A DNA stretch of 64,000 bases from positions 146 to 64,145 of the forward strand of contig DVGS01000171.1 of the NCBI GenBank assembly GCA_018712615.1, written 5' to 3'. Shown in pieces: positions 29,270 through 37,940 of this stretch. Within the stretch, counting starts at the first letter, position 1, and the number at the start of each line of letters is the position of its first letter. A model generated the notes under the pieces. That model did not search any database and was not told the DNA's origin. It saw only the letters and a program-made list of their open reading frames with translations. This DNA comes from Candidatus Egerieimonas faecigallinarum (GTDB lineage Bacteria; Bacillota; Clostridia; Lachnospirales; Lachnospiraceae). Both the position numbers and the translations under genes were made by a program.

Positions 29270-29298
29270 TTCTCAATCCGAAAACTCTATGCTATAAT
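29270..29298 (+). promoter_or_regulatory. putative extended -10 promoter of the dnaD-like operon
   Basis: TGcTATAAT at 29290-29298 with a weak -35 TTCTCA 17 nt upstream. It lies directly downstream of the DnaA boxes. Confidence 0.45.
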
Positions 29299-29351
29299 GA
29301 AAGCGGTAAAGAAACCTCATATACTTATTATAGAAAGAACGGTATCCATTT

Positions 29352-30398
29352 ATGAATCCGATTACCCTTCACAGTGCCGAGGGCTGCAGTGTTACCATGA
29401 TTTCCGATATCTTTGTGGATCATTATATGCCGCATGCCAACGGTGAATTTGTAAAAATATATTTATATCTTCTGAGAAGTATGCACAACACCGGAACACA
29501 GATCAGTCTTTCCATGCTCGCCGACGTCTTCTCCTGCCCGGAGAATGATATTCGGCGCGCTCTCAACTATTGGGAAGACGCCGGTGTTTTGTCTTTGTCT
29601 TACAAGGAGGACAAGATCAGCAGCATCCTGTTTCTCCCTCTGGAAGCGCCCAGAAAGAAGACAGCCCCCGCGCCCGTCCGGGAGCGTGCTGCCGAGCGCC
29701 CGGAGGCAGAGGCGAAGCCGAAGCGCGCCCTCCTCAGCCCAAAGGATATTCTTCGCAGAAAGCAGGATAATGCGGAGATCGCGCAGCTTCTCTTTGTCTG
29801 TGAGCAATACCTTGGACGGACACTGAGCCCAAGTGAAATCGAACGTCTGCTGTACTATTACGACGAACTGCATTTTCCGGTGGATCTGGTGGAATATCTC
29901 GTGGAATACTGCGTATCCAAAGGAAGCACAAGTATCCACTATATAGAAAAGGTCGCGCAGGAATGGCACAAGAACGGCATCAATACAGTCGAGATGGCAA
30001 AAAAGGAGACGACTACCTGGCACCGCAATTACTTTGTCATCATGCGGGCTTTCGGAATCCGCGGACGCAATCCCGTTGATTCGGAGATCGCTTTTATGAA
30101 CAAGTGGATGAAGGAGTATGACTTTACGCTGGAGATCATCCAGGAAGCCTGTTCCCGCACCGTCACGAAGACAGGAAAGCAGAGCTTTGAGTATGCGGAC
30201 GGGATTCTGGCAAGCTGGAAGGAACACAATGTCCACCACCTTGACGACATCCGGCGGCTGGATTCCATGCACAAGGCAAAGCAGGAGGCCCGCGCGTCGC
30301 GCAGCGCTGACCGTCCGGCCTCCGCAAATCGTTTCAATAATTTCGAGCAGCGCGACTATGACTGGAACCAGCTCGAGAAACAGTTACTAAATCAATAA
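29352..30398 (+). CDS. DnaD-domain replication initiation protein (DnaD/DnaB-like)
   Basis: 348 aa with an N-terminal winged-helix-like region, a basic/Ala-Pro linker and DnaD-type C-terminal repeats (SPSEIERLLYYYDELHFPVDLVEYLVEYC; EIAFMNKWMKEYDFTLEIIQEAC). Followed by a DnaI-like ATPase gene. Confidence 0.8.
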   Translation: MNPITLHSAEGCSVTMISDIFVDHYMPHANGEFVKIYLYLLRSMHNTGTQISLSMLADVFSCPENDIRRALNYWEDAGVLSLSYKEDKISSILFLPLEAPRKKTAPAPVRERAAERPEAEAKPKRALLSPKDILRRKQDNAEIAQLLFVCEQYLGRTLSPSEIERLLYYYDELHFPVDLVEYLVEYCVSKGSTSIHYIEKVAQEWHKNGINTVEMAKKETTTWHRNYFVIMRAFGIRGRNPVDSEIAFMNKWMKEYDFTLEIIQEACSRTVTKTGKQSFEYADGILASWKEHNVHHLDDIRRLDSMHKAKQEARASRSADRPASANRFNNFEQRDYDWNQLEKQLLNQ

Positions 30399-30414
30399 GT
30401 AAAGGAGTCTTGAC

Positions 30415-31413
30415 GTGGCACTGAAGAATTCACAGTATGACACTATCATGCGGCAGTACAGCCGCCTGCAGCACCAAAACCGCCATATTCTTGACGATCA
30501 CATCAAACGGGCGTACGCCGAGATTCCCGAGCTTTCGCAGCTCGACAGCCAGGTGGCGGAGATCAGCCTGAAAAAGGCGCGCATTCTCCTCGCAAAGGAT
30601 GCGTCAGCAGAGGATTTTGATCTGTCTGAGAAGCTGTCTGAACTCGGCGCCCGGCGGGCAGAGCTTCTGCGCACCCACGGTTTTCCGGAGGATTATCTGA
30701 AGCTGCCCAGTCACTGCAGGCTGTGCGGAGACACGGGATATGTGGACGGAAAGAAATGTTCCTGCTTTAAGCGAGCAGAAATTGATCTTCTGTATACGCA
30801 GTCGAATATCCGGGAAATATTAAAGACAGAGAATTTCTCGCATTTTTCCTTTGATTATTACAGCGAGGACATCATCAACCCCCTCACGGGGAAGAACGCA
30901 CGGGAGACTGCAAGGGACGCGGTGAAAAAGGCCAGACTGTTCATCTCCCAGTTCGGCTCCTCCTTCGAGAATCTCTTCCTCTACGGCGAGACGGGTGTCG
31001 GAAAAACATTCCTGACTCACTGCATTGCTCAGGAGCTCCTGGAACAGGCGTACTGCGTAATCTATTTTACCTCTTTTGATCTGTTTGATCTTCTCGCAAA
31101 GAACGCGTTTAACGCTTCCGGGGAGACCGACGATCTTGCTGAACATGTGATGGACTGTGATCTGCTGATCATCGATGATCTGGGTACGGAGCTTACCAAC
31201 AGCTTCGTGTCTTCCCAGCTCTTTCTCTGTGTCAATGAGAGAATCCTGCGGAAGAAATCCACAATCATTTCCACCAACCTGACAACAGAGCAGTTCATGG
31301 AACGGTATTCCGAGAGAACGTTCTCCCGGATCTCAAGCTCATATAACATGATTAAACTTATCGGACGCGATATCCGAATTCAGAAAAAACTTATGGGAGG
31401 AAAGAATCTATGA
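30415..31413 (+). CDS. helicase-loader ATPase (DnaI/DnaC, IstB-like AAA+)
   Basis: GTG start after AAAGGAG. N-terminal zinc module (CRLCGDTGY...KKCSCF), Walker A GETGVGKTF and Walker B LLIIDDLG. Confidence 0.85.
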   Translation: MALKNSQYDTIMRQYSRLQHQNRHILDDHIKRAYAEIPELSQLDSQVAEISLKKARILLAKDASAEDFDLSEKLSELGARRAELLRTHGFPEDYLKLPSHCRLCGDTGYVDGKKCSCFKRAEIDLLYTQSNIREILKTENFSHFSFDYYSEDIINPLTGKNARETARDAVKKARLFISQFGSSFENLFLYGETGVGKTFLTHCIAQELLEQAYCVIYFTSFDLFDLLAKNAFNASGETDDLAEHVMDCDLLIIDDLGTELTNSFVSSQLFLCVNERILRKKSTIISTNLTTEQFMERYSERTFSRISSSYNMIKLIGRDIRIQKKLMGGKNL

Positions 31414-32594
31414 GCCAGAACACTGAAAATTATTATGAGAGTCTGCCGTACGGAAGACTTGGAATCATCCCCCTGCAGAGCTGCGCACAGCTTGGGCAGA
31501 AAGTTGACCGTTATCTCATAGAATGGAGAAAAGAACGCGAACATGACGCAAAACATACGCTCGCTTTTGACGGCTATGAGCGCGACACGTATATTATCAA
31601 TTCCGCATCACCCCGCTTCGGCTCCGGGGAGGCAAAGGGCGTTCTCAGAGAGTCTGTGCGCGGAGACGACTTATATTTCATGGTGGATGTGTGCAATTCC
31701 AGCCTGACTTACTCCATGTCCGGCACACAGAACCGCATGTCCCCCGACGACCACTATCAGGATCTGAAGCGCGTCATCGCCGCTGTGGGCGGAAAAGCGC
31801 GCCGCATCAATGTGATTATGCCGTTTCTCTATGAGAGCCGCCAGCACAAGCGTTCCAACCGCGAGTCCCTCGACTGCGCTCTGGCGCTTCAGGAGCTGAC
31901 GAATATGGGAGTGGAGAATATCATCACTTTCGACGCTCACGATCCGAGAGTGCAGAACGCGATCCCGCTGCACGGCTTCGAAACCGTACAGCCCGCCTAT
32001 CAGTTTATCAAAAACATTCTGCGCAACGCGCCTGACCTGAAGATCGACAAGGACCATCTTATGGTCATCAGCCCGGATGAGGGCGGTATGAGCCGCGCAA
32101 TTTACATTGCCAACAACCTGGGCGTGGACATGGGTATGTTCTACAAGCGCCGCGACTACTCCACGATCGTGGACGGAAGAAATCCGATCGTAGCGCATGA
32201 ATTCCTGGGCGCAAATGTCGCGGGCAAATCGATGATCATTGTGGATGATATGATCTCCTCCGGCGACAGCATGCTCGAAGTGGCAGCGCTGCTCAAGAAG
32301 CGCAATGCCGGAAAGATCTTCCTGTGCTCCACCTTCGGACTGTTCACAAACGGTCTTGCGCGCTTTGACAAGGCATATGAGGAAGGCCTGTTCGACTACC
32401 TGCTCACCACGAATCTGGTATACCAGACTCCGGAGCTGCTCGAGAAGCCATATTATATCAGCTGTGACCTGAGCAAATATATCGCGCTCATTATCGACAC
32501 ACTGAATCACGATTCCTCGATCAGCAAGCTCTTAAATCCGGCGGAGCGTATCCAGAAGGTACTGACAAAATTCCGCAATCACGAAAAGATCTGA
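31410..32594 (+). CDS. prs: ribose-phosphate diphosphokinase family protein (long form)
   Basis: PRPP-synthetase-like motifs (ITFDAHDPRVQN, MVISPDEGG, IVDDMISSGDS). Overlaps the upstream gene by 4 nt. Confidence 0.8.
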   Translation: MSQNTENYYESLPYGRLGIIPLQSCAQLGQKVDRYLIEWRKEREHDAKHTLAFDGYERDTYIINSASPRFGSGEAKGVLRESVRGDDLYFMVDVCNSSLTYSMSGTQNRMSPDDHYQDLKRVIAAVGGKARRINVIMPFLYESRQHKRSNRESLDCALALQELTNMGVENIITFDAHDPRVQNAIPLHGFETVQPAYQFIKNILRNAPDLKIDKDHLMVISPDEGGMSRAIYIANNLGVDMGMFYKRRDYSTIVDGRNPIVAHEFLGANVAGKSMIIVDDMISSGDSMLEVAALLKKRNAGKIFLCSTFGLFTNGLARFDKAYEEGLFDYLLTTNLVYQTPELLEKPYYISCDLSKYIALIIDTLNHDSSISKLLNPAERIQKVLTKFRNHEKI

Positions 32595-32625
32595 GTGCGG
32601 ACCGCTTTCCGCTCAGATATTTAAC

Positions 32626-32669
32626 AGAACCGGCCCTGCCGCATGACATTCTGCGGCAGGACCGGTTCT
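32626..32669. terminator. bidirectional hairpin terminator between convergent prs and the araC-family gene
   Basis: Arms of 18 nt, AGAACCGGCCCTGCCGCA and TGCGGCAGGACCGGTTCT, pair with one mismatch. Confidence 0.7.
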
Positions 32670-33560
32670 CTATCTTTCGGAAAGAGCCTTGATCGAGGAC
32701 AGATATTCTGTCGGCGTCATTCCGCTTACTTTTTTGAATTGTCTTGAAAAATAATGGATAGACGAATACCCCAGATATTCCGAGATCTGCGTGAAGTTAA
32801 ACTCGCTTTCCCGTATCATCTGCTTTGCCGCATCCACCTTCATCCCCGTGAAAAACTCAATCACTCCGCACTGATGATTTTCACGGAAAATCCTCTGAAG
32901 CTGCGACCTGCCGATCAGATTGTCCCGGCAGATATCCTCAACTTTCAGATTTTCCCGGATATGATCCTCCAGATACATCAGAATATGGCTGTAGTTTAAG
33001 GACATGCCCTTTGAGAGTTTCTCCCTGCTCACCGATACCTTGTACTGGTTCAGGAAATTTCTCCGTATCATATAGATCAAAAGCTGTTCCAGGTAAAGCC
33101 GGATGAGCTGCTGGGAACCGAAAAACGGCTCTTCCCGCTTCTCCATCTTTTCCAGATACGGATCATCAAGCGGCGACGCGATACACTTTCTGGCTTCGGC
33201 AATGATCATGGCAATGAGACTTCTCTCCTGTTCCGTGGTATCCAGAATTCTGTCCCTGAAGAGCTTCAGACAGGGGGAATCGCATTCAAATGACACCACC
33301 ACTACGTTGGGCGCCGTCTTTCCGGTCGCTTCCAGGTTATGAAACTCATTCGGCTTGTGAAAGATCACCTGTCCCCGCTTCAGCGTATGCACCTGTTCGC
33401 CTGCGCGCACGCGGACTTCCCCTTTGTCCACGCACTGAAATTCCCAGAAATCGTGCTGCTCGCCCGGAAAGTAAAAATTATTCATATACTCGAAGTAATG
33501 AATCGTAACCACCCGGTCAATTCTCACATCTTCTTCCAGTGTTATGCTCTCAAATGCCAT
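32670..33560 (-). CDS. AraC family transcriptional regulator (cupin + HTH)
   Basis: N-terminal cupin-like domain and a C-terminal AraC HTH (GYSSIHYFSRQFKKVSGMTPTEY). Confidence 0.85.
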   Translation of the reverse strand: MAFESITLEEDVRIDRVVTIHYFEYMNNFYFPGEQHDFWEFQCVDKGEVRVRAGEQVHTLKRGQVIFHKPNEFHNLEATGKTAPNVVVVSFECDSPCLKLFRDRILDTTEQERSLIAMIIAEARKCIASPLDDPYLEKMEKREEPFFGSQQLIRLYLEQLLIYMIRRNFLNQYKVSVSREKLSKGMSLNYSHILMYLEDHIRENLKVEDICRDNLIGRSQLQRIFRENHQCGVIEFFTGMKVDAAKQMIRESEFNFTQISEYLGYSSIHYFSRQFKKVSGMTPTEYLSSIKALSER

Positions 33561-33578
33561 CTTCGCCCAACTCCTCTG

Positions 33579-34682
33579 TCAGCAGAGCCCCGCGATGATT
33601 TTCTTCATTTCCGGAAGCTTCTCCTCCATATCCTTTACAAGCTTAAACTGCGTCCTGCAGCGGTCGAGGTTGTGCTTCTCTCTGTGAATTTTGAAATAGG
33701 TATCGCCCTCCAGATAGTCGGTAAGGAAACGCATGCCGCACTCGAAGGTCATGGTCATTGCTCCCTCCGGAAGCATTTCCACTTCCGCGTCAGTCAGCTT
33801 TCCCGCGCACCCTTCGAGCAATCCCCTGGCATAGATCTCAAACAGCTCCATGCTGCAGGAGACTTTGGACAGATCGCGCTCATCCTCCGCGGCAGTGCTT
33901 GCCCCGAAACGGATGGAATCTCCGAAATCATTCACAGAGAGTCCCGGCATCACGGTGTCCAGGTCGATCACGCAGATCCCCTTCCCCGTAACATCATCAA
34001 TCATGATGTTGTTCAGCTTTGTGTCATTGTGTGTGACACGGAGCGGAAGCCTTCCCTCTTTCTGCATGGAGCACAGAAGATTCGCAAGGTCTTCTCTCTC
34101 AAGAACAAACTGAATCTCTTCCTGAACCTCTGCGGCGCGTCCGCAGTTATCCGCGCGCACGGCTGCCTTAAACTTCTCCATACGGTCAGCGGTGTTGTGG
34201 AAGTCCGGTATCGTCTCGTGGAGCGTCTGTGCGGGATAATCCGCCAGCAATCTCTGAAAATGTCCAAAGGACACAGCGCTCTCATAAAAATCATTTTTAT
34301 TCTTTACCTGGTCATAGCTTGTAGCGCCCTCAATAAAGAGATACGCTCTCCAGTATCCGCCCTCGCTGTCCACAAAGTACATTTTTTTATCCTTTGCCGG
34401 GACCAGATTCAGAGTCTCCCGGCTGACGTCCCCGCCATTTTCGATTATCTTCTTCTTCAGCCAGGATGTCACGCCGATGATATTCTCCATCAGCGCCTCC
34501 GGCTCGCGGAAAATATTAGTGTTCATGCGCTGCAAAATAAAGCGCTGTACTTTTTGATCCTTCTCAAAGGTAACACGGTAGGTATCATTAATATGACCGC
34601 TCCCGTAGGGAATCAGCTCGGTGAGTCCCTCCGGAAATTCAAATCCTGCTGTTACTTCGCTTTTGATTCTGTCAATATCCAT
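33579..34682 (-). CDS. nahK: N-acetylhexosamine 1-kinase-like phosphotransferase (NahK/LnpB family, APH fold)
   Basis: Segments LRVTHNDTKLNNI, IDLDTVMPG, DFGDSIRFGAST, ECGMRFLTDYLEGDTYF and HNLDRCRTQFKLV match the recalled Bifidobacterium NahK sequence. Start at ATG 34682; the track start at 34706 is a GTG. Confidence 0.65.
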   Translation of the reverse strand: MDIDRIKSEVTAGFEFPEGLTELIPYGSGHINDTYRVTFEKDQKVQRFILQRMNTNIFREPEALMENIIGVTSWLKKKIIENGGDVSRETLNLVPAKDKKMYFVDSEGGYWRAYLFIEGATSYDQVKNKNDFYESAVSFGHFQRLLADYPAQTLHETIPDFHNTADRMEKFKAAVRADNCGRAAEVQEEIQFVLEREDLANLLCSMQKEGRLPLRVTHNDTKLNNIMIDDVTGKGICVIDLDTVMPGLSVNDFGDSIRFGASTAAEDERDLSKVSCSMELFEIYARGLLEGCAGKLTDAEVEMLPEGAMTMTFECGMRFLTDYLEGDTYFKIHREKHNLDRCRTQFKLVKDMEEKLPEMKKIIAGLC

Positions 34683-34693
34683 ATCCGGTCTTC

Positions 34694-35617
34694 TTATTCC
34701 TCCCACAGCTTCTGCGGATATAAACCTTTATCCTTAAGTCCCTGAATTGCCTTTACGACAACTTCCTTGTCTTCCTTATAGGTAACGCCGTACCAGCGAT
34801 CGAGTGATTTCAGCACGCGCACATCGGCTTTCCCCTCGCTCAGCAGCTCGTCTACGACGAACGGCAGGAAGTATTCGCATTTGAGCGGATTTTTCTCCAA
34901 ATTTTCATCCAGGAATACCGAAAAGCGCGCCTTCAGCTCCTGCAGAATACTCTCGGTAAAGCCCCACATATTCATGGATACGATGCTTTCCTGCGGCAGC
35001 GCCGTCCAGGTTGCGCCGTCATCCTCTGTATAAGCCGGTCCATCAGCCCTCTTCTCAATTCTGGTTCTCTCATGGATTCCGGTCAGATAACCGTTTTCAT
35101 CAGTCTCGCAGACACCGCGCGCCACATGGCCGTTCTCGGTCAGGGTGTTCTCCAGCATATAGCCCACCATCATATAGTGGTACTTCTCATCGTCCTGATG
35201 GGAGGTCAGAAAATCGTACGCCATCCTGAAAGCGTTCTGACCGTAATAGTCATCGGCATTTACCACCGCGAAAGGACCGTCAATCACATCCAGACAGCTC
35301 AGCACCGCATGGCCCGTTCCCCAGGGCTTTACGCGTCCGTCCGGCACCTCATATCCCTCCGGAAGGTTGTGAAGATCCTGAAATACATACTCTGTCTCTA
35401 TCTGCTCAGAAATTCTGTCTCCGATCGCCGCCTTAAAGTCTGCCTCATTTTCTTTCTTAATGATGAAAATCACTTTTCCAAATCCCGCTTTCACAGCGTC
35501 GTAGATGGAAAAATCCATAATAATGTGCCCTTCTCTGTCAATCGGATCTATCTGCTTTAATCCGCCGTAACGGCTTCCCATTCCGGCTGCCATAACTACC
35601 AGTGCAGGTTTCTTCAT
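34694..35617 (-). CDS. sugar-1-phosphate nucleotidyltransferase
   Basis: N-terminal AAGMGSRYGG.KQ loop and KPWGTGHA motif. Start at ATG 35617 after GAGGAGAAAG. Confidence 0.75.
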   Translation of the reverse strand: MKKPALVVMAAGMGSRYGGLKQIDPIDREGHIIMDFSIYDAVKAGFGKVIFIIKKENEADFKAAIGDRISEQIETEYVFQDLHNLPEGYEVPDGRVKPWGTGHAVLSCLDVIDGPFAVVNADDYYGQNAFRMAYDFLTSHQDDEKYHYMMVGYMLENTLTENGHVARGVCETDENGYLTGIHERTRIEKRADGPAYTEDDGATWTALPQESIVSMNMWGFTESILQELKARFSVFLDENLEKNPLKCEYFLPFVVDELLSEGKADVRVLKSLDRWYGVTYKEDKEVVVKAIQGLKDKGLYPQKLWEE

Positions 35618-35726
35618 CTTTCTTTCTCCTCTCATTTCCGGCATTTCTTCCGCCCTGATGGATTCATCTTATCACACCTGAGGGTGAAACGATTTGCACA
35701 ATCATTTTTGTTTTTTGTATTATTGG

Positions 35727-36824
35727 TTACGCCAGGTATTCCAGGCGGCTGATCACATACGGAAAGAATTCCCGATATGCCTCGCAGTAATAATTCTTTC
35801 TTCCATACCGCTCATCCTCGAAGCAGTCCCTCCTGCACCCTCCGCGGCACAGCGGATACCATCGGCACGACGCACAGCTGTCTCCGCGCTTCTCAGCATC
35901 CAGAAAGAACGGATCTTTATCGAGATTCATCCGGATTTTTTCGAAATCCGTATCCCTCACATTCCCCTGACAGTATTCATCCAGCGCATAAAAGTCACAG
36001 GGGTACACAGATCCGTCCGCCTCCACCACATTCTGCTGGCTGCAGCGCCCGTACATGGCGCACGCTTCCGGGGGCTGCCCTCTCAGGATTCCCACATAAT
36101 TCTCAAACGTCCGGATATAGACGCCCGTCCCCTTCTGCAGATCTTCAAACCACAGATCGAACAGTGTCTTCAGGGCTTCCGCATAGAGCTGCGGCGTCAG
36201 GGAGTATACCTCCTGTCCCCGCTCTCTTTCCATCGGATCCAGGCAGGGGATGAACTGGAGCTGGAAAGCTCCGATTTTCTTAAAATTCTCATATACAGAC
36301 CGGATTCTGCGGGCGCTCTGTCGGGTGAGGACGCACAGAACCGTGGAATCTATCTTCCGTTTCTGCAGTTCCTTCCACACCTTCACGGTGCGCGCGTATG
36401 TATCCTTTCCCTGCGCGTCGGGACGGTTGCGGTCATGGATCGCGCGGTCTCCGTCAATGGACAGCCCGACCCAGAAGCGGTGCTCCTTCAGAAACTCCAG
36501 CCATTCATCATCAATCAGAATCCCGTTCGTCTGAAGAGAATAACCGACATAAGTGCCCTCTTTTTTATATTTATCCACCAGTTCCACAACATTTTTATAA
36601 AAATCGAGCCCTGCAAGGGTCGGCTCTCCTCCCTGAAAGCCGAATATGCAGGACTCCTCCGCTGCCTCCAGTGCCTTTCTCACGGTCAGCTCCAGCGTCT
36701 CCCTGTCCATGATCCCATGGCATGCCACCTCCCGGTGCTGCGTCTCATCCCGATAGAAACAGTAGCCGCACCGCAGATTACACAGGGAGGACGCGGGTTT
36801 TACCAGTAATTGTACATTCTTCAT
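35727..36824 (-). CDS. anaerobic sulfatase-maturating enzyme (radical SAM / SPASM)
   Basis: LVKPASSLCNLRCGYCFY, FQGGEPTLAGL, SLQTNG, DGSVYPCDFY and CRGGCRR align along the full length with the recalled Clostridium perfringens AnSME. Confidence 0.85.
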   Translation of the reverse strand: MKNVQLLVKPASSLCNLRCGYCFYRDETQHREVACHGIMDRETLELTVRKALEAAEESCIFGFQGGEPTLAGLDFYKNVVELVDKYKKEGTYVGYSLQTNGILIDDEWLEFLKEHRFWVGLSIDGDRAIHDRNRPDAQGKDTYARTVKVWKELQKRKIDSTVLCVLTRQSARRIRSVYENFKKIGAFQLQFIPCLDPMERERGQEVYSLTPQLYAEALKTLFDLWFEDLQKGTGVYIRTFENYVGILRGQPPEACAMYGRCSQQNVVEADGSVYPCDFYALDEYCQGNVRDTDFEKIRMNLDKDPFFLDAEKRGDSCASCRWYPLCRGGCRRDCFEDERYGRKNYYCEAYREFFPYVISRLEYLA

Positions 36825-36856
36825 TCTTACCTCCGGGCACGCAAAGCCCGCGTTTT

Positions 36857-37294
36857 TTATTTGCAGAGCTCGGCAACCACCTGGTTGATCAGCTTGCCGT
36901 CCGCTTTGCCCTTTAACTCCGCCATAACTGCCTTCATGATCTGACCCTTGTTCTTTGTAGCCAGCACGTCGGCAAACTTTTCCTCCAGGAGCGCCCGGAT
37001 CTCTTCCGCGCCAAGCTGCTTCGGCGCGTACTGACTGATCACCTCATAGCGGAACTTGTATTCTGCCATCAGCTCTTCCCGCTCTGCCGGACAGGTGTCG
37101 ATCTGCTCCTTCACGGACTTGAGTTCCTTTAAGATCACCTGGCCAATCATATCCTCCGGGATATCGTCACGGCATCCCGCGTCAATGGCAGCCTTCTTGA
37201 CTGCGGAGATCAGAGAAGAGATCGCTTCTTTTCTCGGCTTGTCCTTTGCCTTCATAGCTGCCACCATATCTTTTCTTAAATCTTCTAACTGCAT
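36857..37294 (-). CDS. GatB/YqeY domain protein
   Basis: 145 aa. MQLEDLRKDMVAAMKAKDK...ISAVKKA... is typical of the YqeY family. Confidence 0.85.
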   Translation of the reverse strand: MQLEDLRKDMVAAMKAKDKPRKEAISSLISAVKKAAIDAGCRDDIPEDMIGQVILKELKSVKEQIDTCPAEREELMAEYKFRYEVISQYAPKQLGAEEIRALLEEKFADVLATKNKGQIMKAVMAELKGKADGKLINQVVAELCK

Positions 37295-37376
37295 ATATAT
37301 GCCTCCTTGTCAGTTTTGTCCTCTCTTAAGTATAGACGTTCTGTGTTCACTTTGCAATCAGGATTTCCGCTGCCTC

Positions 37377-37847
37377 TCACTTCTCTTTTGTCAGGCTGCG
37401 CGCCAGTTCAGCCGCGCTCTTCGGCGTCAGGCGGGTGTGCAGCACTCCGTCAAGATACAGATTGGGAGCTGTTGGACAGTGTTTGAGACAGTTCTGAGTG
37501 CGCAGAAGAACGGTTCCGTCAGCGGAAATCCCGTCCTTTCCGATACCAAGCTCCCGGCGAAGCGTCTGCAGGATCTCGCCTGCCTGCTTTGCCCCGCAGC
37601 GCGCGCCGGTGCAGGCAAGGATTTCATGTCTGTAGGGAGCCTGCTTCAGGCTTGGATAGAGCTTGACGATACAGGCAAGTACGGAAGGCTTTACTTTCAG
37701 CTCCGCGGCTGCCCGCTCCTGGACGCCCAGCGGAATACATCCCAAAAGGCCCTGAATCTCACGCAGCATAGCCACCAGATTTTCCTGGGAAGCAGGCTGG
37801 GGCTGGGAGCTGTAGTACTCAATAATTTCATTCAGCTTTTCTTCCAT
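37377..37847 (-). CDS. NuoE/HymA-like thioredoxin-fold [2Fe-2S] ferredoxin
   Basis: 156 aa with four Cys in the NuoE pattern (ACTGARCG ... NCLKHCPTAPN). Confidence 0.65.
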   Translation of the reverse strand: MEEKLNEIIEYYSSQPQPASQENLVAMLREIQGLLGCIPLGVQERAAAELKVKPSVLACIVKLYPSLKQAPYRHEILACTGARCGAKQAGEILQTLRRELGIGKDGISADGTVLLRTQNCLKHCPTAPNLYLDGVLHTRLTPKSAAELARSLTKEK

Positions 37848-37940
37848 TTCATTTCCTCCTCACTATATGATCAGTGGGGCTGCCGCACCGGGCGGCACCC
37901 CCACATCTGCTCTTCTCATTATCTCCTGTTTTTACCGTTC

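Noticed and set aside
29011-29298. Interpreting the DnaA-box cluster as the chromosomal origin oriC
   Set aside because: There is no dnaA, dnaN or rpmH nearby, and I saw no obvious AT-rich unwinding element with 13-mer or 27-mer-type repeats. Gene orientation does not switch here in the way expected at an origin. It is kept as a regulatory or titration cluster pending GC-skew analysis.
33339-34745. 468-aa ORF on the + strand
   Set aside because: It is antisense to the araC-family and NahK-like genes, both of which have clear motifs. It is a shadow ORF.
35694-36809. 371-aa ORF on the + strand
   Set aside because: It is antisense to the anSME gene, which aligns over its full length with a known enzyme.
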